This document shows, piece after piece, positions 12,511-24,450 of a stretch of 64,000 bases of DNA. The notes under the pieces were generated by a model, which worked only from the letters and a program-made list of their open reading frames with translations, was not told the origin of the DNA and did not search any database. Location of the stretch: positions 248,001-312,000 of the forward strand of contig NC_027219.1 in the NCBI RefSeq assembly GCF_000981445.1. Reading direction: 5' to 3'. The stretch is from Babesia bigemina. Taxonomy: Eukaryota. Position numbers and translations under genes: made by a program. Every line of letters begins with the position of its first letter. Positions within the stretch are counted from its first letter, which is position 1.

Positions 12511-15396
12511 ATGTCGCGCATGAGAGGGTACCTAATGCGCGATGGCGCGAATCCTTCGCCGTCCCAGCGCTCGTCGCTGAACTCCGAGCGCCTGTTGACG
12601 GTGTCCGAGCTTGGCACTTCGAAGTCCATGGGTACGTACAGCGAGGACTATTCGAGTCTCACGAGCGGCTATTCGTCGCACAGACGCGGGTCGACAAACA
12701 CGTCGACTTCCGACGCGGAGCGCCAGCTGCAGCTGGACCGTATGCATCAGCAAATTCTCGCGGAATACGAGGGCGGCAGGGAGACGTTGATGATATACCA
12801 GCGCAGCTACCGCGCCGCTGTGGAACGCTTCCTGTCCTTTGCGAGTGAGAACAAGCAGGTTTACACGAAGGTGATGGACCTTCACCAGCAGGTGGAGAAA
12901 CAGTTTGAGAAGAACCAGGGCAGCGCTGCCGCGCAGCTCGCTGTACACCTGCGTGTTATCGTGAATGTCAGTCTGCTATACTTCCGCAGCGACGACTCCA
13001 ACTCGTCGCTGGCGCACATGCTTATAAAGTCTCCGTACATGACGTACCAGGCGTTCCAGGACGCCATCCAGGAGGTGTGGCGCACGCACACGTCGAAGCT
13101 GTCGGTGGCTCCGCCAAAGCTGGGGATTTGCGGTTGGTTGGGGCGTCACCACGTGACGCCGCGTGGACTGTGCAGCAGCATGATCAACACTCTGACTGCC
13201 GTTGAGGGTGTGGTGAACAAGTGTTCCACCGTCTCTCCTAAGCTCGCGCAGTCAGTGTACGTCGGCGAGCCAATTTACGACATGATGCACGAGTCCGAGA
13301 AGACGGTTCACCTGCGCAACCACTACGATCTCACGGATTTCACCAAGACTGCGAAGGATAACGGACTGCCGCCCAGTGCAGACCCCGAGGGGAAGGTGGT
13401 CCACCGTCAGGAGATTGGTCTCAGCAGCTACCGCAACTACCAAACGTTCGTCATCCAGGAAACTCCCGAAGACTCCTTCACCGGCCAGATGCCTCGCTAC
13501 GTCTCCGTGATAGTGCAGGACGACCTGTGCAACGTGGTCCAGTGCGGCGACCGCGTTCGCGTCTGGGGCGTGTACCGCGCGGGTTGCGGCCGCGCTGACG
13601 ACACCAACAACGGCATCGGCCGCGGTTACCTGGTGGCAAACTACGTTGCGATCCGTAACAAGTTGGCCAGCAGGCTGTCCAATGAGATCACCGACGACGA
13701 TCGCGCCAAGTTCAAGCAGCTGGCGCAGAGGGAGGACTGCCTGAGCATCTTAACTCGTTCAATGGCTCCTTCCATCTGCGGCCACGAGATCGTGAAGCGC
13801 GGCCTTTTGCTTGCGTTGGCTGGTGGGACGGCCAGCGACGAGTCCAGTGACCATCGCATTAGGGGTGACATTCACGTGCTGTTGGTGGGTGATCCGGGTT
13901 GCGGTAAGTCTCAGATGTTGCGCTTCGTGATGAACCTGCTTCCTGGAACGGTCTCTACTACCGGCCGCGGTTCCACCGGCGTGGGTCTGACGGCAGCCGT
14001 GGTCGTGGACCAGGAGACCGGCGAACGGCGCGTCGAGGGAGGCGCCATGGTGATGGGAGACCGCCGTGTGGTCTGCATTGATGAGTTCGACAAAATGCAA
14101 CCAAGTGATCGTGTTGCGATTCACGAGGTGATGGAACAGCAGACGGTTACCGTTGCCAAAGCTGGTATTCACACAACGCTGAATGCGCGCTGCACTGTCC
14201 TCGCCGCCGCCAACCCGTCGTACGGCTGTTGGAGTGAGGACATGGACGTCTCGCAGCAGTTGTGCTTCGAGCGCTCCTTGATTTCTAGGTTTGACCTTAT
14301 TTTCGTGGTGCGGGACTCCGCCACCGAAGCCGAGGACGAGCGCATCGCGGAGGCGGTTCTCCGCAACCTCACCCAGAAGTCCAAAGTGATAACTGCGCAC
14401 AAGAACTCCGCGCAGTCGGGCCGCCCAGGTGGCGCCCCCAGTTGCGTCATTCAGCCGGTTGAGGGAGACATGAACCAAGAGGCTTTTGCGAATGCCACCT
14501 TCGACGGCTACCACTGGGAGGAGCAGTGGGTACCCACTTCGGGCGATTCCGCTAGGGCGAAGAAGGCCAAGTCAGCAGGCAAGGCGACTGACGGCTTCCT
14601 AAAGAGCCGGACGGAGATGACGTACATCGACTGCGAGGGCGTGGAGCACGACGTCGTTGACTCGTCGTTTCTGCGCAAGTACATTCACTACTGCAAGCAT
14701 CTGTTCTACCGCGAGATGGAAGCGATGGAGGGCTGGCGTGCCTCCCCCGAGATCAGCGAGGTTGCTCGCCGTGCCATAGTGTCGCTCTACTCCCAGCTTA
14801 GGACCCGGGCGCAGCAGTCCGAGCAGCACCGGTTGAAGCTCCCGCAGGCAGTAACGCCTCGTACATTGGAGGCTATCATCCGTCTGTGTGTGGCCTACAC
14901 GAAGCTGCAGCTGAAGCGGTGGGTCACCACTGACTGCGTGGCAGCAGTGGGCAAGCTGCTTAACTACACACTTTTCGGTGATGCGTACGACGTTTTCGAG
15001 ACTGAGCGCGAGCCCGCGTCAGACTATGAAGACGAGTCTATGTCCGAGGATTCGCCCAAACGCACGCGCCCTAGTCGATCCGCTACTACCGACTCCGCAG
15101 CGGCTGCACCAGTTGGCGAGATCACTGGCGGCGGGGAACACAGACCGTCAGAAGGCAAGGCGCCGCGCACCGCCCAATCTTCTGAAGTCGATAACAACAA
15201 CACCGCAATTCTTCTGTCATGCCTGCGCAAGCTAGACACCGGCGATGGTGTTGACCTGTCGGACCTCTACATAGAGTTCTCGAGATCGGTGCGCATGTCC
15301 ATGGACGATTTCAAGAAGTTCCTTCAGACTCTGCACAACCAGGAGCCGTCTCCCATCGTCTACTCGGAGGACGCGTTCATGGTCTTCAGCTGCTGA
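12511..15396 (+). CDS. MCM3: DNA replication licensing factor MCM3
   Basis: Walker [50 protein letters not shown]...GQMPR. Confidence 0.93.
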   Translation: MSRMRGYLMRDGANPSPSQRSSLNSERLLTVSELGTSKSMGTYSEDYSSLTSGYSSHRRGSTNTSTSDAERQLQLDRMHQQILAEYEGGRETLMIYQRSYRAAVERFLSFASENKQVYTKVMDLHQQVEKQFEKNQGSAAAQLAVHLRVIVNVSLLYFRSDDSNSSLAHMLIKSPYMTYQAFQDAIQEVWRTHTSKLSVAPPKLGICGWLGRHHVTPRGLCSSMINTLTAVEGVVNKCSTVSPKLAQSVYVGEPIYDMMHESEKTVHLRNHYDLTDFTKTAKDNGLPPSADPEGKVVHRQEIGLSSYRNYQTFVIQETPEDSFTGQMPRYVSVIVQDDLCNVVQCGDRVRVWGVYRAGCGRADDTNNGIGRGYLVANYVAIRNKLASRLSNEITDDDRAKFKQLAQREDCLSILTRSMAPSICGHEIVKRGLLLALAGGTASDESSDHRIRGDIHVLLVGDPGCGKSQMLRFVMNLLPGTVSTTGRGSTGVGLTAAVVVDQETGERRVEGGAMVMGDRRVVCIDEFDKMQPSDRVAIHEVMEQQTVTVAKAGIHTTLNARCTVLAAANPSYGCWSEDMDVSQQLCFERSLISRFDLIFVVRDSATEAEDERIAEAVLRNLTQKSKVITAHKNSAQSGRPGGAPSCVIQPVEGDMNQEAFANATFDGYHWEEQWVPTSGDSARAKKAKSAGKATDGFLKSRTEMTYIDCEGVEHDVVDSSFLRKYIHYCKHLFYREMEAMEGWRASPEISEVARRAIVSLYSQLRTRAQQSEQHRLKLPQAVTPRTLEAIIRLCVAYTKLQLKRWVTTDCVAAVGKLLNYTLFGDAYDVFETEREPASDYEDESMSEDSPKRTRPSRSATTDSAAAAPVGEITGGGEHRPSEGKAPRTAQSSEVDNNNTAILLSCLRKLDTGDGVDLSDLYIEFSRSVRMSMDDFKKFLQTLHNQEPSPIVYSEDAFMVFSC

Positions 15397-15625
15397 TGCG
15401 GTGACGTCAGTTTGCCTGTCACCGATGCCGTACGTCCCAAACACTGTTTGCAAAACCCCTTTTTCATCGCATCTGCAATCGCCGCGACACCACGCGGAGG
15501 CAGCCTCCCGTGCCTGTCGTTGGGCGGCTTGCGCCTGCCTTCACGGCAATCGCACTGACGCATACTAGGTACAGTGTGCCACATATGCTACATGGACCTA
15601 TCGATCTAACGTTACGGTATACGTC

Positions 15626-16353
15626 TTAAACGATTCTGTACGCCTTGAAGAACTTGGTGATGTGGTACACCGAGAACCCGGCGGTTGCTCCGATGATGAC
15701 GAACTGCAGGATGTAGAAATAGAGGATGTAGCTGTACATGTTCTTGTAGGTGTCGTGCAGCTCCTTCACAGTGGCGCTCTCCATCCGCTGGTGGCTCTTG
15801 ATGTTCATGATGTTGGCTGCGAACTTGCTGAGGTCTTCCGACAGGACCTTGATCTCATCCTTCTTCGCCGTGGTCTCCTTGTCCACATCGTACTGCGTGT
15901 GGCGGCCGTACTTGTCGCTTCCGTCCGCTATCTCCGTGGAGAGCCCGATCTTGGCCATGTGCGAGACGTACCACATCTGCCCGGGGCATTCAATGCATAC
16001 GTGGTAGGTGCCCTCGACCTGGGCGACGTACGTGACCCGTCCTGAAAAGTTGTGAGCAGCCAGTGTGTGCGCGTTACCTTTCGCCGGCAGTTCCTTGAGG
16101 TTGGTGCTCTGCAGCACCTTTCGCTCGTCGTCCGTTATTCTCACGACGCACGATCGCGCTGAGCGTTTGTGTTTGCCGCTGTGTGGAAGCTACCTTCTGG
16201 GTTGAGCAGGTCGTAATTGACGCTGAGCATGGCCATGTAGGGGACGCTTTCGTAGAAGCAGCGCTCGTCGTTGTAGTCGATTTGGAAGTAGAAACCTGAT
16301 ACTCCGACGGAGCAAATGGCCAGGGCGAGCGCAAGACCGCTAGCGCCCTTCAT
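15626..16353 (-). CDS. emp24/gp25L/p24 (GOLD domain) cargo receptor, 2 exons
   Basis: Signal peptide then FYFQIDYNDERCFYE; EGTYHVC; C-terminal TM and KFFKAYRIV tail. Confidence 0.88.
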
Positions 16354-16796
16354 TTTGCCAATTTATTGAGTATTTTAACCCGGTATATGTTGTGTCCCCG
16401 TCCGTTCAGGGTCTCGCCCGTTGGCGCGCTCCTACACATCACCGGCCACGCTGCACCCACCAAAGGGTGTAACGTCGCCCTCAAGCGCCTAACGCACTAA
16501 AACCGCGTTTTATAAAGCATTTATACATTTTAGTTCACGTTCGACGCTGTCTATTGTATCTCTGTCTTTCCCGTGGCGCATGTCTTTGTGGCTCCGTAAA
16601 CATCTGGATGTTAGAGTTAACAACCGTTCGATGTGTTAACATGTGAGCCACCAATATGTCTATATGTACAGTTTTCGGACCATTGCGGGCGTCTACAAAC
16701 TTGTTGTGAAGGCCTTCTGCGAACGGCAGCTGAAACTCATCTTGTGGTACTCATGACCCCTGGCTTGGTTGCTACATTGACATACACGTTCGATGT

Positions 16797-17762
16797 ATGG
16801 CGCTCGCACGGTACGCTCCTTTAGTCAATCGCATTATGCGCCCTGATCTCATATTGAGATCCTCGATCAGGGTGACTGGCGCCGTTGCAGCGCTGTCCAG
16901 CGGGGTGAAGCTACGCATGCGAGCGGCAGGTCTTACGGCCACGACATCATCACTCCATCATTCAGCACATGGGCCACCGGATTCGTCTGTCGGATGCAAT
17001 GCAAATGAGTCGTACTCCCCTTGTGGGAAGCGTGGAGTTATGGCTGCTTCTGCCGCATCTCACCGTCGTGATTGGCTTCAGCCTTCTGCTCTGATGGGGA
17101 TCCAAAGAAGCTTCATTGCTGCGAAAAGGCCACTTGGATTCCACCTTTGTCGCCACTTCAGCACGAGGAATATAAGCGGGAGGCTATTTTACCGGCGGCG
17201 TCCCAAGATGATACCCCGCTACAAGCCGAAGAACCGTAGGTCGTGCTGGTTAGAAGGCTGCCCTCAGAAGAAGGGCGTCTGCGTGACGCTTAGGGTCGTG
17301 ACACCGCGTAAGCCTAATTCTGGGTTGCGCAAAGTAGCCAGGGTGCGGCTGAGCACTGGAAGAACGGTCACGTGCCACGTACCCGGCGAAGGCCACAACC
17401 TTCACACGCATTCGGTGGTGCTGGTGCGTGGCGGTCGCTGCCAAGATGTGAGCGGGTGCCACTACAAGGTCATTCGCGGGAAGTATGACCTGCTGCCGGT
17501 GAAGAACCGCGCTTCGTCGCGCTCCAAGTACGGCATAAGGCTGTCCGACGCTGTTATTGAGAAACGCCGCCTGCGGAAGAACCAGTTGCACGTCAGCACC
17601 GAGTTGGACCGAGAGGTGTTTAACACGCTGCTTCTACACGATTGGGTGAACCCGGACGGATCGCGGCGCACCGAGCCCTTGGGCCCCGATGAGCCTGTTC
17701 CCGTGGACATTTTCAACTTCAACAGCCGTCTTCGCAGCATCGTGCACGCCAACAAGGGCTAG
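16797..17762 (+). CDS. RPS12: Nucleus-encoded organellar (probably mitochondrial) ribosomal protein S12
   Basis: CPQKKGVC...[20 protein letters not shown]...[17 protein letters not shown]; long Arg/Ser-rich N-terminal extension. Confidence 0.9.
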   Translation: MALARYAPLVNRIMRPDLILRSSIRVTGAVAALSSGVKLRMRAAGLTATTSSLHHSAHGPPDSSVGCNANESYSPCGKRGVMAASAASHRRDWLQPSALMGIQRSFIAAKRPLGFHLCRHFSTRNISGRLFYRRRPKMIPRYKPKNRRSCWLEGCPQKKGVCVTLRVVTPRKPNSGLRKVARVRLSTGRTVTCHVPGEGHNLHTHSVVLVRGGRCQDVSGCHYKVIRGKYDLLPVKNRASSRSKYGIRLSDAVIEKRRLRKNQLHVSTELDREVFNTLLLHDWVNPDGSRRTEPLGPDEPVPVDIFNFNSRLRSIVHANKG

Positions 17763-18152
17763 AACGCTGATCGCCACTTCTCTGCGGTTGTCGTGTGCGC
17801 CCTGTGATGCGGCTTCCGCTGTCACTGTTTTGTGACCGTGTGCACCGCACCCGCGGCGGATGCGCTACCTACTAAAATGCAGTAAAACCTACGCGGACGC
17901 TAAGCCGCAAACGTAACGCCAGTGTGATTATAGTCGACTTCCATCCCGATACCGCTTAAATGAGCAAACATTAAATGCATAGTTGCAAATGCCGTGGACG
18001 GCGCACCATTGGCACCGACGTTGTACTGTGGTTGGTGAGGCCTGACCTCCTTCAAAAGAGCCGCGCGTCGTATATGAATGCTTGGAGAACCTGCACTTCG
18101 TGACGGTGCGGGTGTGTCTAGGTTGCCGGGCGGTGGCACGGCGATGCTCCCG

Positions 18153-19643
18153 TCACGCCTTGCCTTCCTTGCGCAGCTCGTTCAAGATGTCGCCCGCCTG
18201 GTTCGGGTCCTCTGCGATGATTGGGTTGTACACGGACGAGTGCTCCTTAGAGAAGTTGGGCTTGGGGTTGGAGAACTCGCCGACGTGGAAGAGCAGCTCG
18301 CTGAAGTAGTGGCACTCCACAATGCGGTGCCCGAACTTGCGTCCGTCCAGAACCTTGCGCGCCTTGGAGGCGCCATCGACTTCGGAGAAGAGCACGAACG
18401 CGCAGCCTACTGACGAGAAGTCCATGGTGCGGATCTCGTCCAGGGTGTACCCCTTGGGCACCCTCGGCAGCTCCACGCGAATGACCCTCCCGTACTCCTC
18501 GCACTCGCAGCGCACGTCGTCGATGATGTCGTAGTACTCCTCATCGTCCTCCAGGTCCTCCTTGGAAACCAGGTTGGCGAGTAGAAGCACCCTAGTGGGT
18601 ATCTCCGCCTTCATAATGTCGCATTGCAATATTTGCGAGCGGATGAACTCCTCGCTCAGGGCACCCCGCTCCAGCGCGTCGACCGCCATGACAACCTCTA
18701 TCCCGCGCTCCTTCAATCCCTCCAAGGCGGTCTTCTGCAGCTCTATGTGCTCGTACTCGAACAGGCATAGCGGCTGCTTGTTTTCCTCGGTCACGTACTG
18801 GTAGAACTTGAGCTTCCCCATGGCCTCGATCTCACGTTTGAGCGCGGCCTCGTCAGTGACGTTCTCCACGCACAATCTGTCCGTCATGGTCTTGGCGCGC
18901 TCAGTCGCCAACATGTCGGCTGCAGCTGCGATTTGTTCCGACGCGCACTTGAGCCCCTCTATCCCGAGGGCAAGCAGCGACGGATCCAGGGTGGGGATGG
19001 TGGGCGAAGGCGCCTGGGTCAGCACATCCGGGTTGTAGGTCTTCGGTCGGTTTATCCTGAGACTGTAGTTGAGGTAGTTGATGCCGCTCAGCTGTATGCA
19101 GTTGCTGGCCTCCTGCATCGTGCGCATCTCGACGAAGGCGTAGTGGCTGTCGGCGCTGATCCAGCCCTTTTGGCACGCGCCTCCCGGTACGCTGGTGCCA
19201 TTAACCGCCACCAGCGCCTCGTTGAGGAACTCCAACAGGTTGTTCACATCTGCATGGGGGGGGATGTTGCCGATGTAGATTTCCCTGTACGGCTTAGTTG
19301 CTACGGGGTCCATGCCGAGAACGCCAAGTCCCTGGGCGTAGGCGTTAGTTATGAGCGCATCGGGCACGTGGTGTCTCCTGGTTCTGTGCGCGCTTTTCGG
19401 CGGCGAGTCGTAGCGGAAGTTCTTCCTGCGCGATGCGTCGTCGTACCTACTTCGCTCGTAGTGCCGGTCCGAGCGCGAATGACGCGACCTATCACGTCCC
19501 CTGTAGTCGTGTCTGGAATCTCGGTCGTAGCGGGAAGACCTGCGGCTCCGGCTTCTGCTGCGGGAGCGAGAGCGGGAGCGCTCCCGCGAGCTCCGATGTC
19601 GCCGGTGGCGGTGTCTGCTGTGGCTTCGGCTTCGTGACCGCAT
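18153..19643 (-). CDS. U2AF2: Splicing factor U2AF large subunit
   Basis: N-terminal RS domain, RRM (IYIGNIP...YAFVEMRT...LRINRPK), C-terminal UHM (PTRVLLLANLV...EYYDIIDDVRCECEEYG). Confidence 0.92.
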   Translation of the reverse strand: MRSRSRSHSRHRHRRHRSSRERSRSRSRSRSRSRRSSRYDRDSRHDYRGRDRSRHSRSDRHYERSRYDDASRRKNFRYDSPPKSAHRTRRHHVPDALITNAYAQGLGVLGMDPVATKPYREIYIGNIPPHADVNNLLEFLNEALVAVNGTSVPGGACQKGWISADSHYAFVEMRTMQEASNCIQLSGINYLNYSLRINRPKTYNPDVLTQAPSPTIPTLDPSLLALGIEGLKCASEQIAAAADMLATERAKTMTDRLCVENVTDEAALKREIEAMGKLKFYQYVTEENKQPLCLFEYEHIELQKTALEGLKERGIEVVMAVDALERGALSEEFIRSQILQCDIMKAEIPTRVLLLANLVSKEDLEDDEEYYDIIDDVRCECEEYGRVIRVELPRVPKGYTLDEIRTMDFSSVGCAFVLFSEVDGASKARKVLDGRKFGHRIVECHYFSELLFHVGEFSNPKPNFSKEHSSVYNPIIAEDPNQAGDILNELRKEGKA

Positions 19644-19739
19644 TGTAGAAAGTTACTTAAAGGTTGCTAGCAGGCGGCGAGTTTTACGCCCTGGCCTATG
19701 GGGGCGAAGCGCGAACTTCCCTGGCGACTTACACACCCA

Positions 19740-22700
19740 TCACCGCACAGTGAGTGTGCGGAAGACCTCGCCCAGGTTAACGACGCTGTAGGCGTTGCGC
19801 TTCTGCAGCTGCTTCACCAGTTTGCAGAGCTCTGCGCGTTCCGCGCGGTAGTCGACGGTATGGTACTGCATAAACGGCAGCGCCTCGAGGATGCCCAGTA
19901 TGTACTGCCCGCAGACACGAAAGCCCGAAGTCGCGCGCAGGTTAGACAGCTGCACGGTGCGTTCCAGTATGTCACGGAACGCGCGCACCTTGCGGAACGG
20001 GTTTTGCGTGTTTAGCACGGTCATCTTTCCGTTGACGTCCACCGTGACGTTCACCAGGGTCTCCTCGCGTTCACCCCCAGCCTCGTTTTTGAGTGCGCCC
20101 TCGGTCATGAATATGAGGTACTCGTAGTAGAGGTAGATTTTCGACGCGGGGAGCACTACTTCCATGGCGTCGCGGCTCTGGCACGTAGGCTGCGGGCAGA
20201 CGTCGTTGTCCCCAATGCAAACGCTCGGCGTCGTGGTGTTACAAATGTTGCATATCCGAATGCAGAACGACGATTGCATCGATATCTCGTAGATGGTGCG
20301 GGTGATCCAGTTGCGCATTGCGTGCAGCGGCAACCAGTTGCCGCAGTTGCTGCACGACATGTGCTTCAGGAAATAGTTGGCGTGGACAGCAGTGTTGCAG
20401 AACTGGCACGGCACTGACGTCGTCATCTCAACCTCCTTGTAGCGCTCCTCGCTCTTGTTGATGAGCGACATCGCCTTGGATTCATGCTCCCCGTAGTCGA
20501 AGGAGCTGTAGTTGGTGTTGAGGATGGTCCTGCTGACCGAGTCCTCTATCTGCAGGCAGCTTGCCAGCTTCTGCGGGTCTGTGCCTTCAATGACGCCGCA
20601 TAAACGCATAATAGGTGGCAGCAGCTGCTGCGTTTTGTAGTACTGTATGTCCGCTTCTAGCTGCTTCTGCTGGAATTCCGTGAGGCTGTACGCGCGGTTG
20701 CAGAGGCTCCGGAGTTTGGCGTCTAAACTTTCGGCGCCTTCTCCTTCTTCAGCGTTTTGCGACTTCATGTACCTCTCGATGGATTCCTTGGAACAGATGA
20801 TGAAGGGCACCTCGTGCCCCGCGGCAAAGCTGGCACCGGACGCATTCAACCGTAACGCAACTGTCACGTGGGGCAGGTTTGAATTTGCGGCATACTCCTC
20901 AGGGTTCTTCGCCAGCTGGCGGGTGATGACCCATGCTTTCGGAGGGATCTGCCCCTCGACTATGCTCTTGTTCACCTCCTTGAGGGTGTCGTGGATCTTC
21001 TCCACCGTGTTCTCCACGCCCTGCTCCTTGTTCTCGTTGTGCTTGTCACTCAGGATGATCGCAATGAGCGCGTTTCCGACCTCCTTCGTCAGAATAGACC
21101 AGTCACGCCTGATGAAATCCAGACCCTTTATTTCCCGTGCGAACTTCTTGTTCTTGTAGTCCACCACCTTGAGCGCGGCGTACTTCTTCTTCTTCAACAG
21201 CAGCAGCCGACTAAATATGGCGTCCATGCCGATCTCAAGCTTCTTATGGGACTTGTTGATCGTCGCCATGAGCGTGCCGGCGATTTGGTGGGCAGCCTCG
21301 AAGGCGCTCTCAGAACCGTCGTCGCGTATGTTCGTGTCGATCATCAGAGAATCGGTATCACCGTATATAACTCGCAGCGCGAATTGCTTCTCCACCTTTT
21401 CGCGTGTCGCCTGGAGCACCATCCTGCCTTGCTGGGTAATGTAGGCGGCCATGTGCCGCGCGTGGAAGCGGGAGTATACACTTCCGAGACAACCGTAAAG
21501 CGAGTTGGCCACCAGTTTGAGCGCCAGCTGCCGCACCCCGAGTTGGGATTTGCGCGTCTCGTTTTTCTCCGCCGCGATGGCTGCCTTGACAGAGGCACGC
21601 AGCTCCACCAGGCGTCTAAGAATTTGCGGCAGCATGCCGCCCACATCCGACACCACCTCCACGCTTTCGTCCTCGTTCAACTTCACGGTGGTGAAGCACA
21701 CGTTGAACTCCTGGATGATAGACGGGTACAGAGAGTTGAAATCGAGGAGCAGGATGAAGTTGTCGTACAGCCCCGTCACGGGCTCCAGCACCAAACCGCC
21801 CTCGTAGGTCTTCTTCTTCTTGTCGCCCTCGTCCTCCTCGTTGTCAGCCGTTGTCGACGAATGCTTGTGGTACTTTTCGAAGTTGTGGTCGATGATGTAC
21901 TTCGCTCGGTGGAACTCGTGTAGCAGCAGGAAATCGTTACGCTCCGATCTCGCGCACTGGACACTTCGGGACCACAGATTGCCCGCGATGTTGGTGAGCT
22001 CCTTGGTGAGCTGCAGCGCTTGCAGCTTGATCAACAAGTTGAAGGAGTCTAGGCAGCACTTCGAGTTTGCCTGTGCCAGCACCAACAGGTTCTTCATCGA
22101 ATCCTCACCAAAGCACGGCGAGAGCTCCGTTATGTTGAAGGAGTTTTTCGTGTAGAATGAGTGGTCTTTGACCTGCGATGAGTACACGAGATCCGACACG
22201 CAGCTGCTTAGGTCGTAGTTGCTGCGGTTGTGGTGCAGCTCCTTGGTCAGCACCCTAGTGTCACAGAAAATCCTACCAGCGAAGAATGGGTGCGGGGCCT
22301 TCCTCAAGAGCCTCAAGCGCGAGAACGACACCCGAAGCGGTATGTTGAGCAGGTTGCAGCGCTTGAGGAGGACCTCCCCCACGTTTTGCGTTATGTCGTG
22401 GCCTACCACCACGTCGGGGTCAATTACCTCCAGCGTTTTCATGAAATTCGCCAACAGCCCTCTCTCCTGTTCGAAAATGCGGAAATACGGCCTTTTTGCC
22501 AGGAAAGCGCTCATTTCCGTCGGCCAGGGCTGCTTGTTGATCTTGCGGATTCCAACGTACTGGTTACAGCGGTTCAGGGACTTGATCTCTGACGCGTCCA
22601 CGGGGAACACATTGTCGTATATCATTGCGATTTGCAGGACCTCCTGGTTCGTTTGGGAGGCGAAAAACGTCTTAACGGACACGGACGCCACGCATAACGT

Positions 22701-24240
22701 AGGCGTTGGCAAATTCTCCGATTCTCGCGCGTTCCAAAGTTCCACGTTCTTGTGGGTCTCCACATCGAGCTCGTGTTTGCACGTGCTGACGTTTTCCGAA
22801 GACCTTTGCGCGTCTATGATGCGCAACCAAGACGGTCCCTTGATTTTCCGTTTCACCTGCGAATCATGTGTTAGTCGGAGCTTTGTCCTACCAGGAACAG
22901 TTCCGCCGGCGTCGTCGTGGCGCCGTACACGTCGCTGTAAGTGGTGCCCTGGTAGTGCTCGTTCCTGAGCTGTGGATGGCTGAACGGGTAGCAGACCTTG
23001 ACGTATAGCGCCGGCTCCGACGGGCCGTACCTCAGCAGCGTCCTCTTCACCAGTTTGTACTTGACCTTTTTGATTCCGTAGCTTTTACGTATGGGCTCGA
23101 ACTCGGCGAAGAAGCGTTTCATGAAAGCGCGCTCGTAACTGTTCTCCGCCTCGGGCATGTCGCTGAGATCGAGGTCCATGCGCGCCTTGAAGAAGAGGCA
23201 TCGCATGAACTGCCGCACGGTGACCATGGCGCTCTCCGTCCGGCCGCCTCCTGAGTGCAGCTTGCCGAACAACCTGAGGAGGCCTCCCAGGTCCTCATGT
23301 ACGTCTAGGATATAGAATGCCACGTCCTTTGAATCCTTGGGCAGCGCCGTTTCTAACTCCGAGGCAACTTTTTCGTTTGGGCTGGTCGTGGACACATCCA
23401 CCACGTCGGCATCCACCTCGCCGAAGTCTGCAACGATGGATTCGTCTAGGACCTCCGCAGGCTCTTGTGACATCATGTCCGCCTCCTGTAGCACCTTGTC
23501 CATGTCGATACCCTCGGAGAGGTCTTGACTTGGTGGAGTTGGCTCAACGATCATGCTTTGGGGGGCATCGACGGACCGCTGTTCCTCCATGGGAGTTTGC
23601 GGCCGCGGTTCATAAAACTCTTTTGCAGCTGTGGAGTACTGTTGGTGGTATTGGAAGTGCTGGGGAACCGGTGGACGCGGATATGACATCGCGAAGCCTG
23701 GCGCCATACCCATACCCATACCCATGCCAATGGTGCCTCGCATATTGCCTACAACACTTGAGATACACGTGCATCCATCTTACCTGCTGCCGAAGGGTAC
23801 GTAGGCATGGTGAAATCCTCATTGTCAAGGTCATCCTCAAACTTGCTCAGCTTCTCGATGAGCTTCTTGTCGGCCTGCGGGTCCTTGGGCGGCTTGACGG
23901 ACATGCTCTCCTGTTTCGCGATTTCCGTGAAGTGCTGCTGGATGGACTTCCCATATCCGTCTGGCAGCTGCCTTTTGGCGGCCATGCGCTCCCGCTCGCC
24001 CTCACTGGCGTCGCTGTCGTACTCGTAGTCATCCTCCGAGAACACCTCGCCGCCCTCGATGAACTCGTCGAGCCTTCGCTTCGACGTGCGCTCCTTGTAT
24101 TCCTCGGCGGTGACCACCTCGTATATCTTCTCATTTTCGTCCTCGATCTCGTACTCCTCGAGCGCAGTTGTCGTTCCCTCGCGGTGTTTGCGTATTTTAG
24201 ACAGCGCGCTGGATATAGCGCTCGACCGCGACTTCTCCAT
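19740..24240 (-). CDS. POLA1: DNA polymerase alpha catalytic subunit, 3 exons
   Basis: B-family motifs LDFNSLYPSII, KLVANSLYGCLG, YGDTDS, KKKYAAL; N-terminal IYEVV.AEEY; C-terminal Zn-finger; short introns near 23751-23785 and 22857-22891. Confidence 0.95.
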
Positions 24241-24450
24241 TTTAGACGGTTACGGAAGGACTGGTCAGCACATGTTTAGTCCTTTTGTTGCCACTGTGTA
24301 CGGCGCCGCCGTAGGTGTGTGCGACACACCGCCCTTCCTGTGGGCGCTGTCGTGCTAATTTCGGCAAGGGATGCCTTTCGCTGCATGGAAGGAGTCGCTA
24401 TACGCCTAGGTGGGTGTATCAACGCTGGCTAAATATTAGGGCGCCTGGTG

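Noticed and set aside
20647..24279. Long antisense ORFs over Pol alpha (also over CCT7, MCM3, Cpn60 and SF3B1)
   Set aside because: Expected shadows of high-GC3 coding sequence
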